From: a virus
Virus record (IMG/VR): IMGVR_UViG_3300025770_000656
Direction: 5' to 3' (one strand)
DNA: 64,000 nucleotides
A program made the position numbers and the translations under genes. Of this stretch, positions 48,160 to 58,393 are shown one piece after another (position 1 is the stretch's first letter; each line of letters starts with the position of its first letter). Under the pieces are notes generated by a model. It did not search any database and was not told where the DNA came from. It was given only the letters and a program-made list of their open reading frames with translations.

Positions 48160-48777
48160 ATGTCAGTTTCATCATTATTAAAATTTACTGTACCTTTAGA
48201 CAGTGATCAGTCAGCTAATGCACAAGGCTTGTTAATGCCTAAACTAAAGTATCGGTTCCGTGCATTGTTTGAGAATCTTGGCGTGTCTACTCCACGTACA
48301 GAATTAACAAAGCAGGTAATGGATATTACCCGCCCTAGCATTACATTTGAAGAAATGGAAGTTCCAATTTATAACTCACGTGTTTTCCTAGCTGGTAAGC
48401 ATAGTTGGGATATGGTAACAGTTAATTTCCGCGACGATGTAAATGGTAGCGTAAGCAGGCTTCTTGGAGAGCAAGTGCAAAAGCAGTTCGACGTTATGGA
48501 ACAGGCTAGTGCAAGCGCAGGCATTGACTATAAGTTTATTACACGGTTTGAGATACTAGACGGTGGTAACGGAGCAAGCGAAGCTAACGTATTAGAAACT
48601 TGGGAATTATATGGTTGTTTCTTACAGAACGTCAACTATAATGATCTCAACTATGCGTCAAATGAACCAGTTACAATTGCAGCAAGCATAAGATTCGATA
48701 ATGCAATCCAAAGCCCAATTGGCGATGGTGTTGGTGCTACTGTTGCAAGAGCCGTAGGCCAAACCGTAACAGGTTAA
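48160..48777 (+). CDS. gp19: Tail tube protein
   Basis: LMPKLKYRFR, LAGKHSW, ETWELYGCF and IRFDNA motifs; follows the sheath gene. Confidence 0.9.
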   Translation: MSVSSLLKFTVPLDSDQSANAQGLLMPKLKYRFRALFENLGVSTPRTELTKQVMDITRPSITFEEMEVPIYNSRVFLAGKHSWDMVTVNFRDDVNGSVSRLLGEQVQKQFDVMEQASASAGIDYKFITRFEILDGGNGASEANVLETWELYGCFLQNVNYNDLNYASNEPVTIAASIRFDNAIQSPIGDGVGATVARAVGQTVTG

Positions 48778-48806
48778 TTTAAACAAGTAAAAGTTTTTAA
48801 GATAAG

Positions 48807-48832
48807 ACCCTCCATTATATGGGGGGTTTTTT
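48807..48832 (+). terminator. Intrinsic terminator
   Basis: ACCCTCCA-TTATA-TGGGGGGT followed by a T-run. Confidence 0.8.
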
Positions 48833-48864
48833 CTTGTAATAAATACTGTATATAGGAGTACTCT

Positions 48865-50268
48865 GTGGCAAGCGTTAATAGCACATTAAATGCAATAGGT
48901 AAAAGCGATCAGATTAAAGATTTCGCACATGCCTCACGATTATTTGTTGACAATAATTATGAGTTACAACCACGTTACTCACACCTGTTTCATGTTGTTT
49001 TTAACTTGACACCACATGCGGCAAAATTATTTGGAAATCAAGAAAAACTAGAAATTAATATGCTGGTTAAAAGTATTGATTTGCCCAGCTTTAATATGGA
49101 TGTGCAAACACACAATCAATATAACAGACAGGTACATAGCCAGCATAAAATTAATTATAATCCGGTAGACATTGCATTTCATGATGATCAAAATGATTTA
49201 ATTAGAAGCCTGCTACACAGTTATGCTTCATTTTATTATCAAGATTCTCGGTATGCTAGCAACGATAGAGCTTATAGTACTAATGATAGATATGGAGCTT
49301 ACAGTAATAGCTCCTATGGTTTAGCTTCAGGACAAGATAGATTTTTTAGAGATATTAGAGTATATAGTATGCTACAAAAACGATTTGCAGAGTATACACT
49401 TATAAATCCTATTGTTAATACGTTTAAACACGATACTCATTCATATGCCAGTGGTAACTTAATGCAGCATACTATGCAAGTAAATTATGAAACTGTAAAA
49501 TATGCCACTGGGTTTGTTAACAATGTTAATCCTAAAGGCTTTGGTGAAGTTCATTATGACAAAACTCCAAGTCCACTGGGTGTATTTGGGGCTGGCACAG
49601 ATAATAGCATATTCTTCCGCGGCGGCTTTGTTGACGCAGTTAATACTGTAGCTAGAGATTTAGCAGATGGGAACATACTTGGCGCAATAGCACGTGGTGC
49701 TACTATTTTTAATAATACAAAAGATGTTGATCTTGGCAAAGTGTTAGAGAAAGACTTAACTAGAGTATTAGGCGGAGTACTGCGTGGCAAAAATCCACTA
49801 AGTGATGTCGTATTACCTAATATCTTTGGCCTTGACACTGGAAAACTTATTGGTGATATTGTTGGCACAAGCGATGATCGAGTAGGCGGTGCTGGCGCAC
49901 CAGTTGATCGTACGTTTAATCCTTCTGGAAATCAGCAAGTTGCATTTAGTAATGGCAGTAGTCGAAGTACATCAGTGTTTAACCAAGGAACAAGTTTTGT
50001 AGAAGATATTATCGATCGTGGACTTTCTGTAATTGCTCCTAGTTTGTCAAGATCGCCAGCAACGCCTAGATTTTTAAGTGATGGTACTAGAATTGTCTCG
50101 TCTAATTCGTTAACTAATTCAAAGCTATCCAATAAGACTTTCTTAGAAAATCGTATCCAGCAACTAGATGCTGAGATTGCGGACAATCCAAGAATTGTTC
50201 CTCAATTTGTTATTAACGAAAGAAATGCTATTAAACAAAGATTAGCATTGGAGTTCGGACTTAAATGA
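48865..50268 (+). CDS. Baseplate tail-tube initiator/cap (gp48/gp54-like)
   Basis: Tube-fold N-terminus (VKSIDLPSF...NQYNR...YNPVDIAFHDD); follows gp19; GTG start. Confidence 0.65.
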   Translation: MASVNSTLNAIGKSDQIKDFAHASRLFVDNNYELQPRYSHLFHVVFNLTPHAAKLFGNQEKLEINMLVKSIDLPSFNMDVQTHNQYNRQVHSQHKINYNPVDIAFHDDQNDLIRSLLHSYASFYYQDSRYASNDRAYSTNDRYGAYSNSSYGLASGQDRFFRDIRVYSMLQKRFAEYTLINPIVNTFKHDTHSYASGNLMQHTMQVNYETVKYATGFVNNVNPKGFGEVHYDKTPSPLGVFGAGTDNSIFFRGGFVDAVNTVARDLADGNILGAIARGATIFNNTKDVDLGKVLEKDLTRVLGGVLRGKNPLSDVVLPNIFGLDTGKLIGDIVGTSDDRVGGAGAPVDRTFNPSGNQQVAFSNGSSRSTSVFNQGTSFVEDIIDRGLSVIAPSLSRSPATPRFLSDGTRIVSSNSLTNSKLSNKTFLENRIQQLDAEIADNPRIVPQFVINERNAIKQRLALEFGLK

Positions 50269-50495
50269 CAGTTTGGAAAAAAATTAAACTATGGTTTGAC
50301 CCAGATCATAGACTAACAGTAGTGCATATGGGAAAAAAGAAAGTTTTTGAAGTTTGCTCCTTTAAGAGTAAAAAAGATACTAAACTTTCAGGAACTACTA
50401 TCGATGGGAAATCTTTCTTGTTAAAAAGCGAACTACCCATGGAGTATGAAATTATTCAAATGGATCTAGACGATAAAGCATATAAGGTAAAATAA
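50265..50495 (+). CDS. Hypothetical protein
   Basis: Overlapped with the upstream gene (ATGA). Confidence 0.6.
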   Translation: MTVWKKIKLWFDPDHRLTVVHMGKKKVFEVCSFKSKKDTKLSGTTIDGKSFLLKSELPMEYEIIQMDLDDKAYKVK

Positions 50496-50496
50496 A

Positions 50497-50862
50497 ATGA
50501 CAGACACTAGTTTACCAGTAGTTAATATTAACGATGAAATCGATAGAAGAGTAAATGCATACTTTGAACAATTCTTTTTAGCAAAAATTAAAATAACAGA
50601 AAACGACTATGAATTAATTAAATCATTCTGTATAGCTAGGACACAAAGTGAGACAGCCGCGGCTGCCTTGTCTGCAGCAATAATTAATGTAGTTAATGAA
50701 CTAGATTTATACGCACCAGATGTTATAGAGCAGTTTGCAAATTCTAATCCAAAAGCTACTATTCCGTTATTCCTTAATTTAAGTAGACAAGGAGTTAGCT
50801 TGCTTGGATATGTTAATGACAAAGTTGTTCCTCCAAGAGTAAAACAACAGATACTGACGTAA
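50497..50862 (+). CDS. Hypothetical protein
   Basis: Tightly packed in the operon before gp4. Confidence 0.7.
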   Translation: MTDTSLPVVNINDEIDRRVNAYFEQFFLAKIKITENDYELIKSFCIARTQSETAAAALSAAIINVVNELDLYAPDVIEQFANSNPKATIPLFLNLSRQGVSLLGYVNDKVVPPRVKQQILT

Positions 50863-50863
50863 T

Positions 50864-51298
50864 ATGGCAAATTGGGCAAATGGAATATATGAGGTTGCCA
50901 ACCCAGACAAATATGCAGGCAATCGCAAACCACGCTACAGAAGTAGCTGGGAACATGCATTTATGCGGTTTGCAGACAATCACCCCAGTATAATACAGTG
51001 GGCAAGTGAAAGCATAAAGATACCTTATAGAAATCCTCTAACAGGCAGACAAAGTGTATACGTGCCTGATTTTGTTTTAATTTACCAAGACAAGGGCGGA
51101 AAACGTAGAGGTGAGCTTATAGAAATTAAACCTAGTAGTCAGACAACAATGACCCCAAAGACTAGAGACAGAGAAAAATTGCAAATAGCCCTAAACCATG
51201 CCAAGTGGGAAGCCGCGGCAAAATGGTGTAGGCTTAAAGGATTGCATTTTAGGATAGTTACAGAACATGATATTTTTCATGGTGGAAATAAACGCTAA
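50864..51298 (+). CDS. gp4: Head completion nuclease
   Basis: YRSSWE..FM, WASE.I.IPY, YVPDF, IEIKP and KWEAA motifs. Confidence 0.9.
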   Translation: MANWANGIYEVANPDKYAGNRKPRYRSSWEHAFMRFADNHPSIIQWASESIKIPYRNPLTGRQSVYVPDFVLIYQDKGGKRRGELIEIKPSSQTTMTPKTRDREKLQIALNHAKWEAAAKWCRLKGLHFRIVTEHDIFHGGNKR

Positions 51299-51306
51299 GT
51301 ATTAAT

Positions 51307-51795
51307 ATGACAAAAAAACTTGAATCCCTATTTGACTTACCTGACGTTAAAGACGATGTTGATTACAGTGCTAATGGCATTGAAACTCATGTAACAGCGG
51401 ACGATTTGCCTGTTATAAGGAATACATTGGACGCTGTAGACAAGATTGATGCAGCTCTGCCAACTATTAGAGACTTGGAAACTAGTGACAAAGAGCTAGA
51501 CGATATCGCTGATACAGCAAAAAGTACTTTTCAAGATCTAATGGATCTGGGTATGAATGTAGAAGCAAGGTTTGCTGGTGAAATATTCAACAATGCTAGC
51601 AGGATGCTAGACACAGCTCTTACAGCAAAAAGCAATAAAATTAACAAAAAACTTAAAATGGTAGACCTACAACTAAAGAAAGCTAACTTGGACCTTAAGA
51701 AAGGCAACGAGAGCTATGGAGAAACAGCAGACGGAGATGGTGTCGTGCTGGATCGTAACACATTATTGCAAGAAATTTTAGGCAAAAAATCATAA
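51307..51795 (+). CDS. Terminase small subunit-like protein
   Basis: Acidic helical protein; ends in a DRNTLL motif reminiscent of gp16; lies upstream of gp17. Confidence 0.6.
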   Translation: MTKKLESLFDLPDVKDDVDYSANGIETHVTADDLPVIRNTLDAVDKIDAALPTIRDLETSDKELDDIADTAKSTFQDLMDLGMNVEARFAGEIFNNASRMLDTALTAKSNKINKKLKMVDLQLKKANLDLKKGNESYGETADGDGVVLDRNTLLQEILGKKS

Positions 51796-51815
51796 ATATA
51801 ATATAGGATGATAAT

Positions 51816-52319
51816 ATGAAAAGTTTGAAAACATACCTTACAGAGAGTGAGCGCACTTATAGTTTTAGATTAAAGCTAGCTGAAAAGTGTGATGACGAGA
51901 CCATGGATAAACTAGAACTAGCTCTAGAAAAATATGAGCTTAAGAGCTTATCCAAACCTAAACGTACTCCAGTACAAGAACATCCAATGGATTTTCAAAC
52001 ATTACAAAATTCAGAAGTCCATATTATGGATGCTGAAGTAAGTTACCCTGTTACAGCGCATCAACTTTACACTTATATTAGTGAAGTAGTTGGTATTCCA
52101 GAGAGTCACTTAGTAGTTATTAACAAAGATCATCCAGAAGAAATAGCTCGTGAGGAAGCACTCAAAGAAGAGGGTGACGAATATACTTCTAAACTTGAAG
52201 ATGCCGATTACAAGGATGCATCTGATGCTAAGTCAGAAGAATCTTTTGGCGACAAATACAACGAGAACATGTTAAAAGAACTAGAAACTCGCAAGTATGA
52301 GTTTGCAAAGGAAAAATAA
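51816..52319 (+). CDS. Probable head-internal protein
   Basis: MKSLKTYLTESE start (possible gp21 site); late promoter CATAAATA (~51792). Confidence 0.65.
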   Translation: MKSLKTYLTESERTYSFRLKLAEKCDDETMDKLELALEKYELKSLSKPKRTPVQEHPMDFQTLQNSEVHIMDAEVSYPVTAHQLYTYISEVVGIPESHLVVINKDHPEEIAREEALKEEGDEYTSKLEDADYKDASDAKSEESFGDKYNENMLKELETRKYEFAKEK

Positions 52320-52320
52320 A

Positions 52321-53202
52321 ATGCATATGATAGACGTAATGAGCAAGCTCAAAGAGATTGCAGAAGGTGGCTACGACAATGAAGATATTCAGCGTGGTAT
52401 TGACGCAGCTGGAATCCATAAAGTTTCTGAAGATGAAACAATGGAAGGTAAGTCACAAGGCAAGGCTTGGTATCGCGAACAAGAAGCACAAGAGATGGCT
52501 AAAAAAGATGGAAAAGACTGGAGTCGGATGACATATGGCGATAAAGAAGATTATCGTGCAAAAGTCAAAGCTAAGTATGAAGATACAACAACTGAATCTG
52601 ATGAAAATGATATTTTAGAAGATGCAGATATAGAAGAAGTTCACGAAGCAGTAGAAGAAGATCACGATGAGTTAGCTGATATCCTCAAGCTCGCTGGTAA
52701 ATCCGGCGTTATTGGAATGGCCAAGCCGCAAACTATTATTGCCGAAGACATTGAGCTTGAAGAAGAAGAAATTGAAGAAACAGATTACGACACAACAGCT
52801 AATGAAGATTCTGCTGAAGCAGAAACTGCTATTAGTGAAGAAGAAATAGAAAAAGTTTTAAACGACGAACTAGAAGAAGAAGCTGTTGAAGAAACAGTTG
52901 AAGTTCCTGTTACAGCATTAGCAGACTTAATGAAGCTAGCTGGATATTCAAACTACGAAGAAAAAGTAGAAGAGTATGCCAACGAACCTACAGAAGACTA
53001 TATGGATGCTGAAGAGCAGTTAATTGGTCTCAGTGGTGGAATGAACGGTCCTAAGAAGGCCTATGCAGCAGCCGCTGGTGGCGATAACGCTATGTCACAG
53101 GAACCACGTGAGATTGAAGAATCAGACGTAGATCTTGAAACTACATTTGAGTCTTTTTACAAAAAGTATGACGCTTTTGTAGAAGACTTAAAGTCAGAAT
53201 AA
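52321..53202 (+). CDS. Acidic probable head-internal protein
   Basis: Very Glu-rich with repeated LADILKLAG/LADLMKLAG motifs. Confidence 0.65.
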   Translation: MHMIDVMSKLKEIAEGGYDNEDIQRGIDAAGIHKVSEDETMEGKSQGKAWYREQEAQEMAKKDGKDWSRMTYGDKEDYRAKVKAKYEDTTTESDENDILEDADIEEVHEAVEEDHDELADILKLAGKSGVIGMAKPQTIIAEDIELEEEEIEETDYDTTANEDSAEAETAISEEEIEKVLNDELEEEAVEETVEVPVTALADLMKLAGYSNYEEKVEEYANEPTEDYMDAEEQLIGLSGGMNGPKKAYAAAAGGDNAMSQEPREIEESDVDLETTFESFYKKYDAFVEDLKSE

Positions 53203-53334
53203 GCAACATCTAAATTTTACTGATCCTTACACAAGATAGTAAAGCACGTATAAATCTGCTTGAATTGTTCCATTAAGTACTAGCAGTGATTTATAGAGTA
53301 AATACATCACGCTACAATCGGAAGGAGTAAGACC

Positions 53335-53505
53335 ATGGGAATTATAACTTGGGTCAAAGACCGTATTAGTGAAAGAACATCTTGGGACGGAGGAGTTTTA
53401 ATAGCTATATCTATTTTAGCACTTATCGCTAGCCCAATAATTAAATGGGTTGCCTATGCTGGGTTAGTATATGGCGCATGGACAATTATCTCAAAAGAAG
53501 ATTAA
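53335..53505 (+). CDS. Small two-helix membrane protein (56 aa), missed by the ORF track
   Basis: SD GAAGGAG; MGIITWVKDRISERTSWDGGVLIAISILALIASPIIKWVAYAGLVYGAWTIISKED*. Confidence 0.75.
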   Translation: MGIITWVKDRISERTSWDGGVLIAISILALIASPIIKWVAYAGLVYGAWTIISKED

Positions 53506-53523
53506 GCACATAAAAACTTGGAG

Positions 53524-53556
53524 AAGGGGGAGAATAAAAACTCCTCCTTTTCTTTT
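53524..53556 (+). terminator. Intrinsic terminator after the membrane ORF
   Basis: AAGGGGGAG...CTCCTCCTT followed by TTCTTTTT. Confidence 0.7.
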
Positions 53557-53572
53557 TAGTGTAAATATTATT

Positions 53573-54007
53573 ATGAAGTATAACAGAGAAGTATACCACG
53601 AACCATTGCGACAAGTAATAAAAGAAACTTCAGTAGAAACTGGATATGTACTACCAGTTCAAATTGAAATGTATGTGATAGAGCTGTTAGTATATTACAT
53701 TGATAGACCAAACTTTTTACCTGAGCAAACGTTTACTGAATCATTATATAAACTTGACCATAGATCAAGTTTTTCAGCAAAAGATTTAGGCGATACGTGT
53801 TTATTTGTTACTGGAGTTTTTCCTAAGTATGGAAAAAAGTACGGGTTAAATAAGAGTTACTATAAAAATATTGGCAAAACTAGTTACGATCAAGCAAGCA
53901 GAATATTAAATCATGAACTTTTTTCTGCATTATGCACACATTTTGAAGTTATCGGTAAGTTTATTAATAAAGCTACAAACCCACGTCAAACACCACTAAT
54001 AGGATAA
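53573..54007 (+). CDS. Hypothetical protein upstream of the terminase
   Basis: True start is likely ATG 53573 after GTAAATA, because the track's 53471 extension crosses a terminator. Motif KDLGDTCLFVTGVFP...YYKNIGKTSY. Confidence 0.7.
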   Translation: MKYNREVYHEPLRQVIKETSVETGYVLPVQIEMYVIELLVYYIDRPNFLPEQTFTESLYKLDHRSSFSAKDLGDTCLFVTGVFPKYGKKYGLNKSYYKNIGKTSYDQASRILNHELFSALCTHFEVIGKFINKATNPRQTPLIG

Positions 54008-54009
54008 TT

Positions 54010-55575
54010 ATGTCAAAATCATTAGACGGCGTATTAATTAAGAAAGCAAATAAGCAAGAAACATATACTCGCGAGCAAATTGAAGACTTTGCTAAATGTG
54101 CTGACAGTACACATGGGCCTATGTACTTTCTTAATAACTACTTCCATATTCAGCATCCTGTCCAAGGACAACTGGTTTACAAGCCTTTTGACTATCAGGT
54201 AAAATTACTAGAAACATATCATAACTTTAGATTCAACGTTAATATGTTACCCAGGCAAACCGGCAAGACTACAACAGCAGCAGGATACCTGTTATGGCGA
54301 GCAATGTTTGTGCCTGATAGTATTATCCTAATTGCGGCACACAAGTATGCTGGTGCTCAGGAAATTATGCAACGTATACGCTATGCCTACGAACTATGCC
54401 CTAATTACATCAGAGCAGGTGCTACTAGTTACAACAAAGGAAGCATTGAATTTGATAATGGTAGTCGTATTGTAGCACAAGCAACTACTGATAATACTGG
54501 ACGAGGCATGTCCATCTCATTACTATACTGTGACGAGTTTGCGTTTGTGCGCCCTAGCATTGCTAGAGAGTTTTGGACCAGTATTTCTCCTACGCTAGCA
54601 ACTGGTGGTAGTGCTATTATTACTAGTACGCCAAACAGCGATGAAGATCAGTTTGCCATAATATGGCGTGATGCTAACAAGTGTTTTGATTCACACGGCA
54701 ATGAAACAGATATAGGTATAAATGGATTTAAATCATATCGTAGTTACTGGCAAGATCATCCAGACAGGGACGATATATGGAAACAAGAAGAGCTAGGGCG
54801 TATTGGCGAAGAGCGATTTAGACGTGAACATGAGTGTGAATTTATTATTAATGATGAAACACTAGTAGACAGTTTAGTACTAACTAATATGCATGGGTAT
54901 GATCCAATACAAAAACAAGGCACAGTACGATGGTATAAAATGCCAGAAAAGGGTATGACTTACATGGTAGCACTTGATCCTAGCTTGGGAACAGGTGGCG
55001 ATCCAGCGGCTATACAGGTTTTTGAAGCACCTAGCATGGAACAAGTAGCAGAATGGTGCCATAATAAGAGTGCTATTCCACAACAAATAGATATTCTTGT
55101 TAACATATGTAAATTTATAGCAGACGAAATACAAGCAGAAAATAGTGTTTACTATAGTGTAGAGAATAATACACTGGGAGAAGCAGCACTATTAAGCATT
55201 GCTGAACGTGGCGAGGACAGAATATCAGGCATTTTTCTAAGTGAAAGCAAAGTGCATGGTAACAGTAGACGATTTAGAAAAGGATTTAATACTACACAAC
55301 GAAGCAAGTTAACTTATTGCAGTAAGTTAAAAACACTGGTAGAAACAAATAGAATGAAGGTAAAAAGCAAACTATTAGTTAGCGAACTTAAAAATTTTAT
55401 TGCTAATGGTACTAGTTATGCTGCAAAAGCAGGTGAGACTGATGATCTTGTTATGGCAACTTTGTTAGCTGTACGTATGGCTAATGAAATAAAGAACTAT
55501 CTTCCTGACTTAGATAATGCTATGCGAGATGGCAGTGATCAAAACATACAACCCATGCCCTTTGTTATCATGTAA
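54010..55575 (+). CDS. gp17: Terminase large subunit
   Basis: MLPRQTGKTT Walker A, LLYCDEFAF, IITSTPN, ALDPS and DDLVMA motifs. Confidence 0.97.
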   Translation: MSKSLDGVLIKKANKQETYTREQIEDFAKCADSTHGPMYFLNNYFHIQHPVQGQLVYKPFDYQVKLLETYHNFRFNVNMLPRQTGKTTTAAGYLLWRAMFVPDSIILIAAHKYAGAQEIMQRIRYAYELCPNYIRAGATSYNKGSIEFDNGSRIVAQATTDNTGRGMSISLLYCDEFAFVRPSIAREFWTSISPTLATGGSAIITSTPNSDEDQFAIIWRDANKCFDSHGNETDIGINGFKSYRSYWQDHPDRDDIWKQEELGRIGEERFRREHECEFIINDETLVDSLVLTNMHGYDPIQKQGTVRWYKMPEKGMTYMVALDPSLGTGGDPAAIQVFEAPSMEQVAEWCHNKSAIPQQIDILVNICKFIADEIQAENSVYYSVENNTLGEAALLSIAERGEDRISGIFLSESKVHGNSRRFRKGFNTTQRSKLTYCSKLKTLVETNRMKVKSKLLVSELKNFIANGTSYAAKAGETDDLVMATLLAVRMANEIKNYLPDLDNAMRDGSDQNIQPMPFVIM

Positions 55576-55591
55576 GCATAAATACAATATA

Positions 55592-58309
55592 ATGGCAAAT
55601 ACAATATCACAAGATCTATTTAATAAAGTACGTGGACAATTCAGCAATATGACGCTGGGTCGCGCAGACGGACAGCAAACATTGGATGCTAAAGATGCAG
55701 TATTTTTTGAATTTGACTATGTTAAAAAAGGACAGAATCTAGGCAGCCTAGTAGTTAGTTTAGTAGATGATGGCGCACTAAAGGTATACTTTAATAATGA
55801 TATTGTAACAGAACAAGATCAAGAGACAACGCAGGGTTTTTATAATTTCCTAGAAAGTTTAAAAAAGTTTGCTGTTGGTAGGTTGCTTAATTATGAAGCA
55901 AAAAATATCAGCAAGTCCAGGTTAGATAAAAAAGATTTTGATTTTCTTGCCCAACAGAATAAGACAGAGGAAGAGCTTACCATGGAAAGCAAATTATACG
56001 GTAGCAGACAAAAAAGCTACCAGGATTTAAACGGAGCAAAACTTATTGTTCAGCATACTCAGTCAGTAGATGAAGAACGTCACGGTGCTAGAAGTAGGAA
56101 CATCAAGGCCATTTATATTGAAAATAGCGACGGAGAACGTTACAGATTTGAAAACAATTATCTCCCTGGCGCAAGGGCAATGGCTCGTCATGTTAGCAAC
56201 GGCGGGTATACCAAGGACGATCACGGCCAACACATTTCAGAGATCATGGCAGAAATGGGACAGCTAAAGACATTCGTTCGTGGAGTTAAGCGACAAGATT
56301 ACGTAAATGAAGATGCTCAAGATATTATTGAAAAAGCTACAGGTAGATATTACGGCCTTAAAAGCACACTAGAAAGTATTAGTAAGCAAAAAGGCTACCT
56401 AAACTACTTTGAAAACTTTGCTCCAGATGAAATTGATGTTACTGAAGATGACTTAAATGATATCAAAGCAAAACTTACACGTCAGGTGTTTGACGACAGG
56501 TTACAAGACAGTCTTGGTGCTGTGGGAAAAGCTATGAAATTGCAGGAAAAGAAGAGCGGTGATTTTTATGACTGGGACGATTGGTCAAGATCAGCGAAGC
56601 AAAATGGTGCAGAAATACAAGGTGATATTGATCACGCTGTAGCAGTAGTCGACGGAAAAGAGATTGGTGAATGGAACCAGGACGAACAAGACCGTACCGG
56701 CGATAAGATTGCTAGCAGATTTAAGAAGCCTGGTTATGGCGAACTTAATGTGGACGCTGTTGACCGTGATGATACCCCAGAGCGTGACTTCCAAATGCCA
56801 ACTGAGTTAAAACTTATTCCAGGTGAAATGGCGCCATTGAAGCAAGCATCAGATAAAAACGCAATTCTTCAACTAGTACTAGTAGATATTGCTGGTCGTG
56901 CAGTTGATGACGAAGTTAGTATTTTTGCAGCTGATATGGCAGACAAACTTGGTAGTGTTGGAACTCCTTTTGGACAGCGAATGACACCAGAATTTAAAGC
57001 ACAAAAGATAAAAGCTGTGGATTTAGCCAAGATGTACCTCAAACAGCATAGTGGTAAAAAAGCAGAGAGCGTTGAATCTGAAGAAGCTCCACGTAAACGC
57101 CCAGAAGATCCATTTGAATCATACCAGCAGTCCATGGAAGACATTGTTCTAGCAAAAGAAGCAAACGTTGATGAAGGTAAGTTGAAAGACTTAGTAATCA
57201 AAGGACAAGACCTTGAAGCATATGCTAAGAAGTATGGTGGTATAGACAAAAAAGATATGATGAAAGTTGCTGCAATGCTGAAAAAGGGTGACAAGTCTGG
57301 TGCATTAAAATATGTCAAAGCTTTGGATACAGACCCAAGAGATTATATCTTAGATTTAATGGATGAAGAAGTTGAAGTTAAAGAAAAGAAGGCTGTCAAG
57401 GACAAGGAAAACGTTGAAGAAGGTAGCTTTAATAAAGATGGAAGCTACAATACATCCGACGACGAAGCAAACGAGTTTGACGACTGGGATGACGACAGCG
57501 AAGATGATAAAGAAGCAATTGGCGAAACAATCCATGCTTGGTGGGAAACGCAAAAAGGTCCCGGCGGCATGGGAGGTCAGGTACTACGTTACTTTAAAAA
57601 GAATGAAGATTATGATCCTAATGCTGTAGGATTACGGAACGGCCCTTATTTTACACCAAGTCTTGATTGGTGGCCAAGTGTTGAAGACTTTGAACAAGGC
57701 AAGCAAGGCTTTAGCAACAAAACTAAAGACGATGCAGAAGGTTGGGAAATACATGATCTCAAATCAGACGCATTAGCTGCTATCAAAGGTACCGACGAAG
57801 GCATAGTTAAAGAAAAGAAGGCCAATGAAGACGAAGAAATTTTGGAATCTAAAATGATTTGTAAACATTGTGGTGACGAAATTTATAAACCAAAATCAGA
57901 TTGCCATTGTGATTGCAATGATCCACATGGTGATCATTGGCATATGATGGAAAACGAAGAAGCTGACGTTGTCGAAGGCAAGATGAGCGACATTGAACAG
58001 GAAGTTGAAGAAATGATCCAGGATGGTGCTGATGATACAGAGATTATGGCAAAGTTTCCTGGCATAGTTAGTCAAGAATACTTAGACGATATGAGAGCAG
58101 CTTCGGACGAAAAACAATATGACGATTACGAAATGGAAAGTCAAGTTGAAGAAGATGATGACATTGCATGGCTTAAAAGGGCAGCAGGCATTGGGTCAAA
58201 TACAATGAGCAATCACGGAATTCGAGAAGGTGAACAAGGATATCAGATTACACCAAGAAGCATAGTAGCAAGACAGATGCGTAAGTTACAGGACATAGAA
58301 AAAGTTTAA
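55592..58309 (+). CDS. Large head-associated protein with a conserved-looking N-terminus and a modular acidic C-terminus
   Basis: Start ATG 55592 after CATAAATA (55577-55584); RSRNIKAIYIENSDGERYRF motif; many xxE|G/S junctions. Confidence 0.75.
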   Translation: MANTISQDLFNKVRGQFSNMTLGRADGQQTLDAKDAVFFEFDYVKKGQNLGSLVVSLVDDGALKVYFNNDIVTEQDQETTQGFYNFLESLKKFAVGRLLNYEAKNISKSRLDKKDFDFLAQQNKTEEELTMESKLYGSRQKSYQDLNGAKLIVQHTQSVDEERHGARSRNIKAIYIENSDGERYRFENNYLPGARAMARHVSNGGYTKDDHGQHISEIMAEMGQLKTFVRGVKRQDYVNEDAQDIIEKATGRYYGLKSTLESISKQKGYLNYFENFAPDEIDVTEDDLNDIKAKLTRQVFDDRLQDSLGAVGKAMKLQEKKSGDFYDWDDWSRSAKQNGAEIQGDIDHAVAVVDGKEIGEWNQDEQDRTGDKIASRFKKPGYGELNVDAVDRDDTPERDFQMPTELKLIPGEMAPLKQASDKNAILQLVLVDIAGRAVDDEVSIFAADMADKLGSVGTPFGQRMTPEFKAQKIKAVDLAKMYLKQHSGKKAESVESEEAPRKRPEDPFESYQQSMEDIVLAKEANVDEGKLKDLVIKGQDLEAYAKKYGGIDKKDMMKVAAMLKKGDKSGALKYVKALDTDPRDYILDLMDEEVEVKEKKAVKDKENVEEGSFNKDGSYNTSDDEANEFDDWDDDSEDDKEAIGETIHAWWETQKGPGGMGGQVLRYFKKNEDYDPNAVGLRNGPYFTPSLDWWPSVEDFEQGKQGFSNKTKDDAEGWEIHDLKSDALAAIKGTDEGIVKEKKANEDEEILESKMICKHCGDEIYKPKSDCHCDCNDPHGDHWHMMENEEADVVEGKMSDIEQEVEEMIQDGADDTEIMAKFPGIVSQEYLDDMRAASDEKQYDDYEMESQVEEDDDIAWLKRAAGIGSNTMSNHGIREGEQGYQITPRSIVARQMRKLQDIEKV

Positions 58310-58330
58310 AAAATATAAATTTACCTAACA

Positions 58331-58360
58331 AGGGGAGCATTTATTGCTCCTCTTTTTTTT
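58331..58360 (+). terminator. Intrinsic terminator
   Basis: AGGGGAGCA-TTTAT-TGCTCCTCT followed by T7. Confidence 0.9.
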
Positions 58361-58393
58361 GAGCAAAAAACCATAAAAAATGCAATTAAAATA

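Noticed and set aside
53203-53300. Two imperfect hairpins and tiny minus-strand ORFs (18-26 aa) in the gap after the acidic head gene
   Set aside because: The stems are AT-rich and bulged, and the ORFs lack an SD; not distinguishable from background.
53471-53572. N-terminal extension of the 53471 ORF in the track
   Set aside because: It overlaps the small membrane gene and a terminator; ATG 53573 after a late promoter is the more plausible start.
54010-55575. Inteins or introns in gp17, UvsX, gp46, gp20 or gp23
   Set aside because: The ORFs are continuous and of ordinary length, with no intein block motifs.
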